A DNA stretch of 64,000 nt from NCBI GenBank assembly GCA_963724465.1, contig CAVRUT010000005.1:9611-73610 (forward strand), read 5' to 3'. Source of the DNA: an uncultured Acidobacteriota bacterium (GTDB lineage Bacteria; Acidobacteriota; Thermoanaerobaculia; UBA5066; Gp7-AA6). Positions 9,407 to 18,559 of this stretch are shown piece after piece. The translations under genes and the position numbers were made by a program. The first letter of the stretch is position 1. Each line of letters opens with the position of its first letter. The notes under the pieces are model-generated. The model worked only from the letters and a program-made list of their open reading frames with translations, was not told the DNA's origin and made no database searches.

Positions 9407-11618
9407 TCAGGTCCCTTCCTTCGGCGCTGGGTAGAGCCTCTCGAATTCCGGGTCCCCGTGAAGGCTCGCAAGGTCCGGGTCGCGGCGCGTCCAGTCGGCG
9501 TCCTTGAAGCCGGCCTCCCAGGCCTTCCGCAGGGCGTCGAGCGCTTCGGCGCGCTTGCCGAGATTGGCGAAGGTGCAGGCGGCGTTGTAGAGCACGGTGG
9601 CCTCGTCCGGTCTCAGCACCATCGCCAGGTTCGCCTCGCGGACCGCAGTCCTCGGAGCGCCCCTCCTGGGCGTACACCCCGGCGAGGAGGATCCGCGCCC
9701 GCGCGTCCTCCGGAACCTCACGCAGGTGGCTCTCGAGCGCCTGAAGCTGGCGCCGCCGGACGTCGCGGTTGGCGTCTTCCCTTCCCAGTGCGCCGAGCGC
9801 GTTCCTGATCGGCACATAGACGTTGTAGTCGCTGCCCGCCGCCTCGATCGCTTCCTCCTTCAGCGCGGCCACCTCTTCGTACTTGCCGGCGGAGAAGAGC
9901 CCCCGCAGCAGGAGGTAATACGCCCCCTCGCAGTCCCGCTTGCGCGCGATGGCGGCCCGGGTCAGCCGCTCGGCGTCCTCGTACCGTCCGCCGGCGTAGA
10001 GGATCCAGCCCTGGGAGACGAGAACTTCGGGAATGTCGGGCGCGAGCGCGACCGCCCGCAGCGAAGCCGACTGGGCGCGCTCCATGTACGTCCCGCCGGG
10101 CCCGGACCAGTACTGGGCGTGCGCGCAGCCGTTCGCGATCGCCGCCCAGGCGAGGGCGAAGCTGGGATCGAGCGTGACCGCGTTCTCGAACATCTGAAGG
10201 GCGAACTCCATGTCCCGAGTCGTCCGCCGGCGGGCGTAGCTGCGGCCCCGCAGGTAGAGGTCGTAGGCCTGGAGGTTCTCCGTCGGCTTGGCCGCGAGCT
10301 CCGCCTGCTCCTGCGGAGTGAGCTTGATTCGCAGCGCCTCTGCGATCTTGTGCGCGATCTCGTCCTGCACCTCGAAGATGTCGGACATCTCGCGGTCGTA
10401 TCGCTCCGACCAGACCGGGAAGCCGGTGGCCGCGTCCACGAGCTGGGCATTGATCCGCAGCCGGTTGCCGGCGCGGCGCAGGCTCCCCTCGAGCGCGTAG
10501 TCGGCCCGCAGCTGGCGGCTGACGTCCGACGCGGTCGTCTTCTGGTCGCGGAAGGCGAGCACCGTGGTGCGCGGGAAGACGTTCAAGCCCTTGATCTTCG
10601 AGAGGTCGGTCAGGATGTCCTCGGTGATGCCGTCCCGCAGGTACTCGTCTTCCTTCACCCCCGAGAGGTTTTCGAAGTAGAGGACGGCGATCGAGCGCTC
10701 CGCGCGCCGGGCCGGCGCCTTCGAGTCGGAGGCTGCGGCCGGGCCGGACCGGCTCCCTTCGAGCTTCCTCCGCAGTCGAAGGAGGTCGGTCTTCAGCTCC
10801 GTCGCGGTCTGGTAGCGGAGGCTGCGGTCCTTCTCGAGCGCCTTCTCGAGGATCGGCGCGAGCGCCTCGGGCATCGCCGGGTTCACCTCCGCGAGCGGCC
10901 GGGGGTCGCGGTTCAGGATCGCGTCGAAGACGACCGCCTGGGTGTCGCCCTCGAAGGCCCGATCGCCGGTGGCCATCTGGTAGAGGATCGCGCCGAGCGA
11001 GAAGAGGTCGGTGCGGGCGTCGGTCGGCAGCCCGCGCGCCTGCTCCGGCGACATGTAGTGGACCGTGCCGAACACGGTCCCGGCCGCGGTCAGGTCCGCC
11101 CGCGGGGGCGCCGTGGGAGAGGTCGTCTCGGCGCTCGCCGCGCCGGGGCCCTCGAACTTCGCCAGGCCGAAATCGAGGATCTTCACCTGGCCGCGGGAGG
11201 TCACCATCATGTTCATCGGCTTCAAGTCGCGGTGGACGATGCCCTTCGCGTGCGCCGACTCGAGCGCGTCGGCCATCTGGATCCCGAGATCGAGGAGCTG
11301 CCCGATCTCCATCGGCTGTCCGGCGAGCCGCGTCGAGAGGGGTTCGCCGTCGACGAGCTCCATCACGATGAACGACTGGCCCTCGTGCTGTTCGATGGCG
11401 TGCACGGTGCAGATGCCGGGGTGGTTCAAGGCCGAAGCCGCGCGCGCCTCGCGCTCGAACCGCTCCAGCATGGGCGCGTCCTGCGCGAGCTCCGACGAGA
11501 GAAACTTCAACGCAACGTTTCGCCGGAGCCGTGTGTCCTCCGCCTCGTACACCACGCCCATGCCGCCGGCACCGAGCTCGCGAACGATCCGGTAGTGAGA
11601 AACCGTTGTTCCGAGCAA
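9407..11618 (-). CDS. Ser/Thr kinase + TolB-N-like domain + TPR repeats (frameshift near 9650)
   Basis: SHYRIVRELGAGGMG, HRDLKP, DFG, SIAVLYFENLS, AYDLYLRG. The C-terminus (YNAAC...DPDLASLHGDPEF) is in ORF 9407..9817. Confidence 0.9.
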
Positions 11619-11713
11619 GTCTGCTCCTCGAGCGAGGCTGGACTTTACCGCACTATGGTCTTGGCGCGGCGGGCCCGTCGTGTCAAAGTTGGTCTCCCAT
11701 CGACGGGATCCGG

Positions 11714-11895
11714 GGGCATCGGCGATCTCGACGTTCTTGCGCTACGACATCGCTTCGGAGGAGGGCAAGCGGGAGACGCTCCGGAAGGTCGAGGCGCGAA
11801 TCGCTGCGGAGGCCGGAGAGCCCTCCAACGCAGTCCCGCTTCGCAAACACGGACAAGACACGGAGAATCGGGGCTTCGGGGCGGGGGAGGGGTAG
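11714..11895 (+). pseudogene. C-terminal remnant of a tyrosine recombinase/integrase
   Basis: GHR-[1-nt frameshift]-ISTFLRYDIASEEGKRETLRK resembles box II (GH...xxRY with the catalytic Tyr). It ends 18 nt from the tRNA att. Confidence 0.65.
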
Positions 11896-11913
11896 GCCAA
11901 ATCCTTGAAAGTT

Positions 11914-11991
11914 TGGTGCGCCCGGCGCGATTCGAACGCGCGACCTTTAGCTCCGGAGGCTAACGCTCTATCCGGACTGAGCTACGGGCGC
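11914..11991 (-). tRNA. tRNA-Arg(CCG)
   Basis: Acceptor stem GCGCCCG/CGGGCGC, anticodon arm TTAGC-CTCCGGA-GCTAA, TTCGAAT T-loop, encoded CCA. Confidence 0.97.
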
Positions 11992-12013
11992 AAGCAACGA
12001 CGCGAGAACCCTT

Positions 12014-12091
12014 TGGGGTGAGTGGAGGGATTCGAACCCTCGACATCCAGATCCACAGTCTGGCGCTCTAACCGGCTGAGCTACACCCACC
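12014..12091 (-). tRNA. tRNA-His(GTG)
   Basis: G-1, anticodon arm CCAGA-CTGTGGA-TCTGG, GTTCGAATC, C73 discriminator and CCA. Confidence 0.97.
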
Positions 12092-12290
12092 GTGGGCCGG
12101 GCAGTCTAGCACGTCGCCTCCGCTTGCGAGGGATCTGCGCGCTTCGCGCGCACCGGCGCTCGGCTCGCCCGGATGCGGGCTCGACCGAGCGCCTGATCCC
12201 TCGCAGCGCTCCGGCTCCCGCGGCGCGAGCCTCCTCCCTTCCTTCGGTCGGGAGACTCCTCGCGCCGCGAGCTTTAGCGACTTCCCGGCA

Positions 12291-12785
12291 TTACCTTTTC
12301 TCGGCCCGTGTGTTTTCGGCCAGGACCTTGAGCTCGATGCGGGCGAGGGCGTAGGCCGAGCGGACGACGTCGCCGTAGACGATCAAGCGCACGGGGCCCT
12401 CGTTTTCCGGCAGGGGCCCGGCCGAGGTCTCGGCGACGAGGAAGACTCTCGGGTTGGCCCGGGCCATTCGCAGCTCCCCGACGGAGAAGACGACGGTGTA
12501 GCCGTCGCGCGCCGTCGCGAGGACGACTTCGGCTGCCGTCTTGCGGTCGCCGGCCATCGTCTTCAAGTCGAGGCCGTTCTTCTCGAGCACCTCGAGCAGC
12601 GGCATGCCGTGGTAGACCTTGACGTTGCCGTCCGTGTCCTCGAGGCGGACATCCCGGGAGTCGCGGCCGAGCAGCGCCTCGGGGGTGACCGCCTTGTCGG
12701 CCGCGCCCGGCAGGCGCAGGACCGGCGGCGCCTCGGCCGCAAAGAGCGGCGCGGCCAGCAACAGCGCGGCGGCGAGCGATTTCAT
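12291..12785 (-). CDS. Secreted protein, molybdopterin-oxidoreductase-like fold
   Basis: Signal peptide; YHGMPLLEVL, ARDGYTVVFSVGEL and GPVRLIV motifs. Confidence 0.65.
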   Translation of the reverse strand: MKSLAAALLLAAPLFAAEAPPVLRLPGAADKAVTPEALLGRDSRDVRLEDTDGNVKVYHGMPLLEVLEKNGLDLKTMAGDRKTAAEVVLATARDGYTVVFSVGELRMARANPRVFLVAETSAGPLPENEGPVRLIVYGDVVRSAYALARIELKVLAENTRAEKR

Positions 12786-12812
12786 TCTCGATGACCTCGC
12801 AGTCCTGTGATT

Positions 12813-14051
12813 CTACGCGCGCTCGAGCCGGACGACGTCTTCGTAGGTCTCCCGTTGCCGGACGAGCCTCGCCGCGCCGTTCTCGACGAGGACCTCGGCG
12901 GGCCGGCGTCGGAAGTTGTAATTGGATGCCATGACGAACCCGTACGCGCCGGTGTCGCGGATCGCGAGCAGGTCACCTTCCTGCGGCCGCACGATCCGGG
13001 CGCCCCGCAGGAAGCTGTCGGCGGTTTCACAGACGGGCCCGACGACGTCGGCGGTGACGAACCGATCGTCCGAAGCGGGCTTGACCCTCTCGATCGAATG
13101 CATGGCCTGGTAGAGCGCAGGCCGCAGCAGGTCGTTCATCCCCGCGTCGGCCACGACGAAGGTCCGTCCGCGTTCCTCCTTGACATACTGGACGCGCGTC
13201 AAGAGCACTCCCGCCCTTCCGGTGATCGCGCGCCCGGGCTCGATCAGGACGCGAAAGCGTCGGCCGGTCAGAAAGGGCAGGACGGCGGCCGCGTAGGTCT
13301 CCGGCGAGAGGCTCGACTCGCCGATGCCGATTCCCCCGCCGACGTCGAGGCTCTCGATCGGGAATCCGGACCCGGCCAGCGTCGCGGCCAGTTCCGAGAG
13401 CTCACGGGCTGTCTCGGCCAGAGGCTCGGCGGCGAGGATCTGGCTGCCGATGTGAGCCTGGACGCCGACCATGCGCAGGTTCGGAAGCCGGCGCGCCATC
13501 TCGAAGACCTCGGGGGCGCGGGCGATGTCCACGCCGAACTTGTTCTCTTTGAGCCCCGTCGAGATGTAGGGGTGCGAACGCGCGTCGATGTCCGGGTTCA
13601 CCCGCAGGGCGACACGGGCGAGAGCTCCGTGCTGCCGCGCGATTGCGTCGATCTTTTCGATCTCACGCTCGGACTCGGCGTTGAAGGCGAGGATGCGTGC
13701 GTCCACGCCAGATGCGATCTCCTCGTCGGTCTTGCCGACTCCCGAGAAGACGATCCGGTCGGCCGGGATGCCGCATTGGAGTGCCGCCCTGAGCTCCCCG
13801 CCCGAGACCACGTCGGCACCGGACCCGAGCCGGGCGAGGCGCGTCAGGATCGCGAGGCTCGAGTTCGCCTTGGCGGCGTAGCAGACCAGGTGCGGCACCG
13901 CCGCGAAGGCGGCTTCAAAGCGCCGGAAATTCTCCTCGATGGAGGCCCAGCTGTAGACGTAGAGCGGTGTCCCGAACTCGCGGGCGAGCTCCTCGAGCGA
14001 CACCCCGTCGCAGGTCAGCTCGCCGTCTTGCCTACCGAAGCCCGCCGACAT
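12813..14051 (-). CDS. lysA: Diaminopimelate decarboxylase
   Basis: FGTPLYVYS, YAAKANS (PLP Lys), DVVSGGE, KFG, HIGSQI, EPGR, VVGPVCETAD, GAYGFVMASNYN. Confidence 0.96.
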   Translation of the reverse strand: MSAGFGRQDGELTCDGVSLEELAREFGTPLYVYSWASIEENFRRFEAAFAAVPHLVCYAAKANSSLAILTRLARLGSGADVVSGGELRAALQCGIPADRIVFSGVGKTDEEIASGVDARILAFNAESEREIEKIDAIARQHGALARVALRVNPDIDARSHPYISTGLKENKFGVDIARAPEVFEMARRLPNLRMVGVQAHIGSQILAAEPLAETARELSELAATLAGSGFPIESLDVGGGIGIGESSLSPETYAAAVLPFLTGRRFRVLIEPGRAITGRAGVLLTRVQYVKEERGRTFVVADAGMNDLLRPALYQAMHSIERVKPASDDRFVTADVVGPVCETADSFLRGARIVRPQEGDLLAIRDTGAYGFVMASNYNFRRRPAEVLVENGAARLVRQRETYEDVVRLERA

Positions 14052-14077
14052 TTTGGGCGGGACGATAGCAGAGGTGG

Positions 14078-15937
14078 CTAACGGCCGCCGAGCAGAACCC
14101 GCCGCTCGCCGGTCAGGGGGTCGAAGCGGACGAGGGATCGCTGGTCCGGGCCGTAAAAGAGCTTCGTGGCGTCGCTGCCGAGGCCGGGCGCGGTCCCGAA
14201 CGCCCGGACGGGCTGCAGTCCGTCCGCGACATTGCTCAACGAACCGTTCTCGAGATCGACGAGCCAGGTCGCGTAGTGAAAGTTTTCGTCCGCGATTCCG
14301 ATGCAGAGCCGGCCCGGCGCGGCTTCGCCGCCCAGAGCGACGTGCGCTGTCGGAGGCAGGGGAACGCTCGCCGTCTCCAGGCCGTCGGGCCCGAACACGC
14401 GCAGTCGGCGCTTCGTGGACGAGCGCTCCGACAGGACGATGCGACCGTCCGGCAGGAGCGCCGGCCAGCGGCTGTCCACCGGCTCCTGCGCGAGTGTGGC
14501 GAGAAGAGCGCCCGTTGTGCCGTCGAAGAGGCGCACGCGGTGATCCGGACCGTCCAGAGTGAGGAGTCGGGCGCCCCTCTCGTCGGTGACGAAGTAGCGG
14601 CCGCCCGACCCCTCGATTTTCCCCAGGCGCTTGAGAGCCCGCGAGCCGAGGTCGAGCTGCAGGATCTCGATCGCCCTGTCGCCGACCCGATAGAGGCGAA
14701 AGGCGTCGGCCCCGACGAAAAGCCCCCGTACCTCCTCCCGCTCGCCGATTGGGACGCGGGCTGAGACGAGCGTGCGCTCTTTGGCGAGATCGTGGACCGA
14801 GAACACGCCGAGCTCCCAGGTCGCGAGAAGCGATCCGTTCGCCGACAACTCCAGAAGCGACGGGTAGCCGCGCAGAAGCAGCTTCGTCGGCGCGGGTCTG
14901 GCACTGACGGCGTCGAGGCGCCACGTCCAGATGGGAAACGGTCCGCCCCGATCACGGCCCTCGATCCATGCGGCGCGGTTGCCGTCGCGGGACAGCGCCG
15001 GGCCGCACCAATCCACCGTCTTGGCGCGCGCAAAGCGGCCGGTTCCCGTGTCGTAGAGGAACCGGGCGTCGGCGCCGCGAGCCCGTCCGGAGACCTCGAT
15101 CCAGGGACCCGTGTCCGCGGGCCTGACCCAGAGTTCCCTGGCGAGCAGGTCGGCGGGCTTGGCCGCCAGGACCCAGGACGAATACGCGTTGGCGAGAACG
15201 ACCGCGGCGCCGACCGCGATCCAGAGCCACAGCGAAGCCGCGCGGTGGGCAGCTCGGATGTCCGTGCGGCCGCGGGCGAGGGACTCGTAGCCCGCGACGA
15301 CGAGGGCGGTGGCCGCCACCAGGGCGAAACCAAGAGCGGCGATCAAGAACGGAAAAGGTGCCATGAACGCCGGCAGGCGCGAAAGCGCGGCCGAGAGTCC
15401 AAGCCATGCCGCGGCCGCGAGCGCCGCATCAAGCGCCAGCAGGGCAGAGCGGGAGCGAAACGCCAGGGTGAGGAAATGGACGAGCCCGAACAGCGGAAAG
15501 AGGGCGACTAGCACGAGGATGGGCCACAGACGCGTCAGGACCGGCCCGGGAAAGAGCTCCGTCAGGACCGGTTTCGCGCCGGCGAGCCAGGTGGGAGCCC
15601 AGACGATCGCGGCCGTCGCGGTCGCCAGCGCGACGGCTGCAGCCAGGGCTGCGCTCCAGATGGCGACGGCCGATACCGACCGGGAGAGGTCGAACCCGAT
15701 GCGCCGGCTCGCGATCCGGGGGACGAGCATCGAGGCGCCGAGGGCGATCGTGAGCCCCACCGCAAAGGCCGCCGCGATCAGAAGGGCCGTCCAGGAGCGG
15801 GCTTCGGCCGCGTCGGTTCCCGAGAGCCCGCGGGCCACCGGTATGACGAGCGGAACGAGGCTGGCCACGGCGGCGGCCGCCAGGACCCGCCTGCGTTCGA
15901 GGATCTCTCGTCGAAGGATCGCGACGAAGCCGCTCAT
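14078..15937 (-). CDS. ABC-permease-like multi-TM protein with C-terminal beta-propeller
   Basis: FVAILRREILE N-terminus, about 7 TM segments, then a soluble repeat domain. Translationally coupled to the ATPase. Confidence 0.7.
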   Translation of the reverse strand: MSGFVAILRREILERRRVLAAAAVASLVPLVIPVARGLSGTDAAEARSWTALLIAAAFAVGLTIALGASMLVPRIASRRIGFDLSRSVSAVAIWSAALAAAVALATATAAIVWAPTWLAGAKPVLTELFPGPVLTRLWPILVLVALFPLFGLVHFLTLAFRSRSALLALDAALAAAAWLGLSAALSRLPAFMAPFPFLIAALGFALVAATALVVAGYESLARGRTDIRAAHRAASLWLWIAVGAAVVLANAYSSWVLAAKPADLLARELWVRPADTGPWIEVSGRARGADARFLYDTGTGRFARAKTVDWCGPALSRDGNRAAWIEGRDRGGPFPIWTWRLDAVSARPAPTKLLLRGYPSLLELSANGSLLATWELGVFSVHDLAKERTLVSARVPIGEREEVRGLFVGADAFRLYRVGDRAIEILQLDLGSRALKRLGKIEGSGGRYFVTDERGARLLTLDGPDHRVRLFDGTTGALLATLAQEPVDSRWPALLPDGRIVLSERSSTKRRLRVFGPDGLETASVPLPPTAHVALGGEAAPGRLCIGIADENFHYATWLVDLENGSLSNVADGLQPVRAFGTAPGLGSDATKLFYGPDQRSLVRFDPLTGERRVLLGGR

Positions 15938-16848
15938 GGGGTGCTCCCTTTCTCTTCTCCCGCGACGGCGAGGAAGATCTCCTCCAGCGGCAACGCCTCG
16001 GCGGAGGCGCCCTCGACGCCGTCGATCTCGCGGAAACGTTCGAAGACGGCGTCGTCGAAGTTCGAGACGACGGCGTCGATGCCCCAGCCCCGAACCTGAA
16101 CCCGCACGGCCTCGAAGGCGTCGAGCTCGGTGCCGAAGACCGTGCGCGTGTCGGTGAGGCGATTGGAGTACCGGATCCGGCGAAACCGTCCACGCAGCGT
16201 TTCCATGTCCTCGTCGAGGACGAGCCGGCCTTCCTTGAGAACGCCGGCCCGCGTCACGATGCCCTCGAATCCGGCCAGGTCGTGCGTCGTCAGGAACACC
16301 GTCGTGCCACGGTCGGCGAGCTCGCCGACGATCTCGTCGTACAGCGCGCGGCGGGCGACGACGTCGAGACCGAGGGTCGGATCGTCGAGGACGAGCAGTT
16401 CCGGCGCGTGACCGAGAGCGAGCGCCAGCATCACTTCGCTCTTCTGTCCCTTAGAGAGGCCGCCGAAGGGAGTCCCCTCCGGCACCCCGAATCGGGCAAG
16501 GCGCGAGGAGACGGCGGCCGTGTCCCAGCGTTCGGAGATGCGGCGGCAGAACCTCGAGAGCTCTTGCGCCGTCATCGAGGGCGGAGCGTCCGGCTCCTCG
16601 GGCACGACGCCGATTCGCGCCATGGCGGACGCGCGTGCCGTCCAGGAGTCCGCTCCGAAGAGCAGGGTTCGTCCGGAATGAGGCCTCTGCTGCCCGAGAA
16701 GGCACCGCACCAGAGAGGACTTGCCGGCGCCGTTCCTTCCGAGCAGGGCGTAGACGATCCCGGGCGCGACCGAGAGCGTCACGCCCGCACAGGCCACGGC
16801 GCGCCCGTACCGGACGGTCAGGTCCTCGATGCGAATCGGGTCCGTCAC
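15934..16848 (-). CDS. ABC transporter ATP-binding protein (YtrB-like)
   Basis: GRNGAGKS, LSKGQ, LVLDDPT, TTH. Confidence 0.92.
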   Translation of the reverse strand: MTDPIRIEDLTVRYGRAVACAGVTLSVAPGIVYALLGRNGAGKSSLVRCLLGQQRPHSGRTLLFGADSWTARASAMARIGVVPEEPDAPPSMTAQELSRFCRRISERWDTAAVSSRLARFGVPEGTPFGGLSKGQKSEVMLALALGHAPELLVLDDPTLGLDVVARRALYDEIVGELADRGTTVFLTTHDLAGFEGIVTRAGVLKEGRLVLDEDMETLRGRFRRIRYSNRLTDTRTVFGTELDAFEAVRVQVRGWGIDAVVSNFDDAVFERFREIDGVEGASAEALPLEEIFLAVAGEEKGSTP

Positions 16849-17225
16849 GGTCTGGCCCCCTTCCTCCATGCGGCCGCGAGGGCCTCGGCCGCCTCCTCCT
16901 TCGCAACGCCGAGCGTCGAGGCCAGGCTGGCGTAGCGGGTCGCCGCCTCGCGCAGAAGACGCGCTCGCTCGGTCCGGCTCATGGCGGGCGGCGCATCCGC
17001 GACGTACGTGCCGTCCCCGCGCCGGACCGTGAGCACCCCGGCCTCCGCCAGGCGCTGGTAGGCCTTCGCGACGGTCGCCGGGTTGACGCGAAGCTCCCTC
17101 GCCAGATCGCGCACGGAGGGCACGACCGCGCCGGGCGCGAGCGCCCCGGAGGCCACGAGCCGCCGCAGCCCCTCCTCGATCTGGCTCCAGATCGGCGCGG
17201 CGTCGGAGGGGTCGATGCGCAGCAC
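16845..17225 (-). CDS. GntR-family regulator, YtrA subfamily
   Basis: PIWSQIEE...PSVRDLA...VNPATVAKAY...RRGDGTYV. 126 aa, upstream of ABC genes. Confidence 0.93.
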   Translation of the reverse strand: MLRIDPSDAAPIWSQIEEGLRRLVASGALAPGAVVPSVRDLARELRVNPATVAKAYQRLAEAGVLTVRRGDGTYVADAPPAMSRTERARLLREAATRYASLASTLGVAKEEAAEALAAAWRKGARP

Positions 17226-17255
17226 AGTATTAGTGTACTACTACACTAATACTGT
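17224..17255. promoter_or_regulatory. YtrA-type operator, perfect 14-bp inverted repeat ACAGTATTAGTGTA-ctac-TACACTAATACTGT
   Basis: AT-rich palindrome abutting the GntR start codon. Confidence 0.85.
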
Positions 17256-17257
17256 CG

Positions 17258-18556
17258 TCAATTGTCCGACGGCACGGGCGCCTCGGGCGGCCCCGTCTTC
17301 CAGAAGTCGTAGCGCCGCACGGCGGGCGACGCGGCGGCGACGGCTGCCGTGATCGCGATCGTCGCGACGCCGCCCGAGACGACGGAAACCGTGACGCCGA
17401 GGACGGCCGAGGCGAAGAGCGAGGCGACGAACCCGGCCTCGAGCTCTCCGAGCTGAGGACCCCCCATGAAAAAAATCATGTTGACGGACGTCATGCGCCC
17501 GCGGAGCCGGTCCGGCGTGATGAACTGCCGCAGCGTCTGCCGGATCACGGTCGAGATCGCGTCCGAGAGGCCCACGGCGCCGAGCGCGGCGAGCGTGAGC
17601 CAGAAACTGCGGGACAGGCCGAAGACGATCGTCGTCGCTCCGTACGCCGCCACGGACCAGAGGAAGATCCGGCCCTGGCGCGCGGGCAGCGGTCGAAGCG
17701 AGAGAAAGAGCGAGCCCGCAAGCGCGCCAACCGCGGGCGCCGCGGCGAGGATGCCGTAGCCCCGCGCGCCGACCTTCAGGACCTGGTCGGCGAAGATGGG
17801 CAAAAGCGACGTCGCCCCGGAGAAGAACGTGGCCAGGAAATCGAGCCCCATCGTCCACACCATGAGCGGCGTCGTGAAGACGAAGCGGAGGCCCTCGTGC
17901 AGGGCGGACCAGCCTTCGGTCTGCCCGCTCTCGGAGGTCGGAGCGCCCGAGGTGTGCATCGTCGCCAGTGCGTAGATCACGGCGAGAAAAGACGCGGCGT
18001 TCAGGAGGTAGATGAGGGAGAGGCCCCGCGTGCCCTCCCCGGCGTGCGCGATGAGAAGACCCGCCAGCGCCGGCCCCCCGATCAGCGAGGCCTGGAAGAC
18101 GGAGAGATTGAGCGACAGCGCGCCCGGAAGGTCCACCGCCGGGACGAGGCGCGGGATCAAGGCCTGACGCGACGGGCCGTCGAAGGCGACGGCCGAGGCC
18201 GAAAGCGCGTTCAGGGCATAGAGGAGCCACAGGGTTTCACGGTTGGTGAGGGTCGTCCCCCACAGGGCGAGCGCGACGGCCGTCATCGCCAGCTGGGTCG
18301 CGATCATCACGCGACGCCGGTCGTGGCGGTCCGCCACCACGCCGCCCCAGAGCGAGAAGGCGACGATCGGGACGACCCGGGTCAGGCCCACGAAGCCGAG
18401 GGCGAGCGGCGACTTCGTCAGGAGGTACACGTGCCAGTTGATCGCCACGACCTGCATCTGAGAGCCCGTGAGGGACAGCAGCTGCGAGGCAATCAGGCGC
18501 CGGTAGTCCCGGTGGACGAGTGCGAGGTAGGGCGCCCTGGGGCCGGAGGGCGTCAC
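17258..18556 (-). CDS. MFS transporter (EntS/MefA-like)
   Basis: GGVVADRHDRRR motif A, about 12 TM segments, PDRLRGR. Confidence 0.9.
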   Translation of the reverse strand: MTPSGPRAPYLALVHRDYRRLIASQLLSLTGSQMQVVAINWHVYLLTKSPLALGFVGLTRVVPIVAFSLWGGVVADRHDRRRVMIATQLAMTAVALALWGTTLTNRETLWLLYALNALSASAVAFDGPSRQALIPRLVPAVDLPGALSLNLSVFQASLIGGPALAGLLIAHAGEGTRGLSLIYLLNAASFLAVIYALATMHTSGAPTSESGQTEGWSALHEGLRFVFTTPLMVWTMGLDFLATFFSGATSLLPIFADQVLKVGARGYGILAAAPAVGALAGSLFLSLRPLPARQGRIFLWSVAAYGATTIVFGLSRSFWLTLAALGAVGLSDAISTVIRQTLRQFITPDRLRGRMTSVNMIFFMGGPQLGELEAGFVASLFASAVLGVTVSVVSGGVATIAITAAVAAASPAVRRYDFWKTGPPEAPVPSDN

Positions 18557-18559
18557 GCG

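Larger units (their letters stand above)
9174..11959. mobile_element. tRNA-Arg-anchored genomic islet A (~2.7 kb) with integrase remnant
   Basis: Bounded by the tRNA and a 46-bp duplicate. Arm repeats at both ends (9324..9347 and 11847..11870). Cargo is one kinase gene. Confidence 0.82.

Noticed and set aside
3941-11959. Three 46-bp repeats as a CRISPR array or extra tRNA genes
   Set aside because: The spacers are kilobases long, the repeat equals a tRNA 3' half, and the copies lack the D-arm and 5' acceptor strand.
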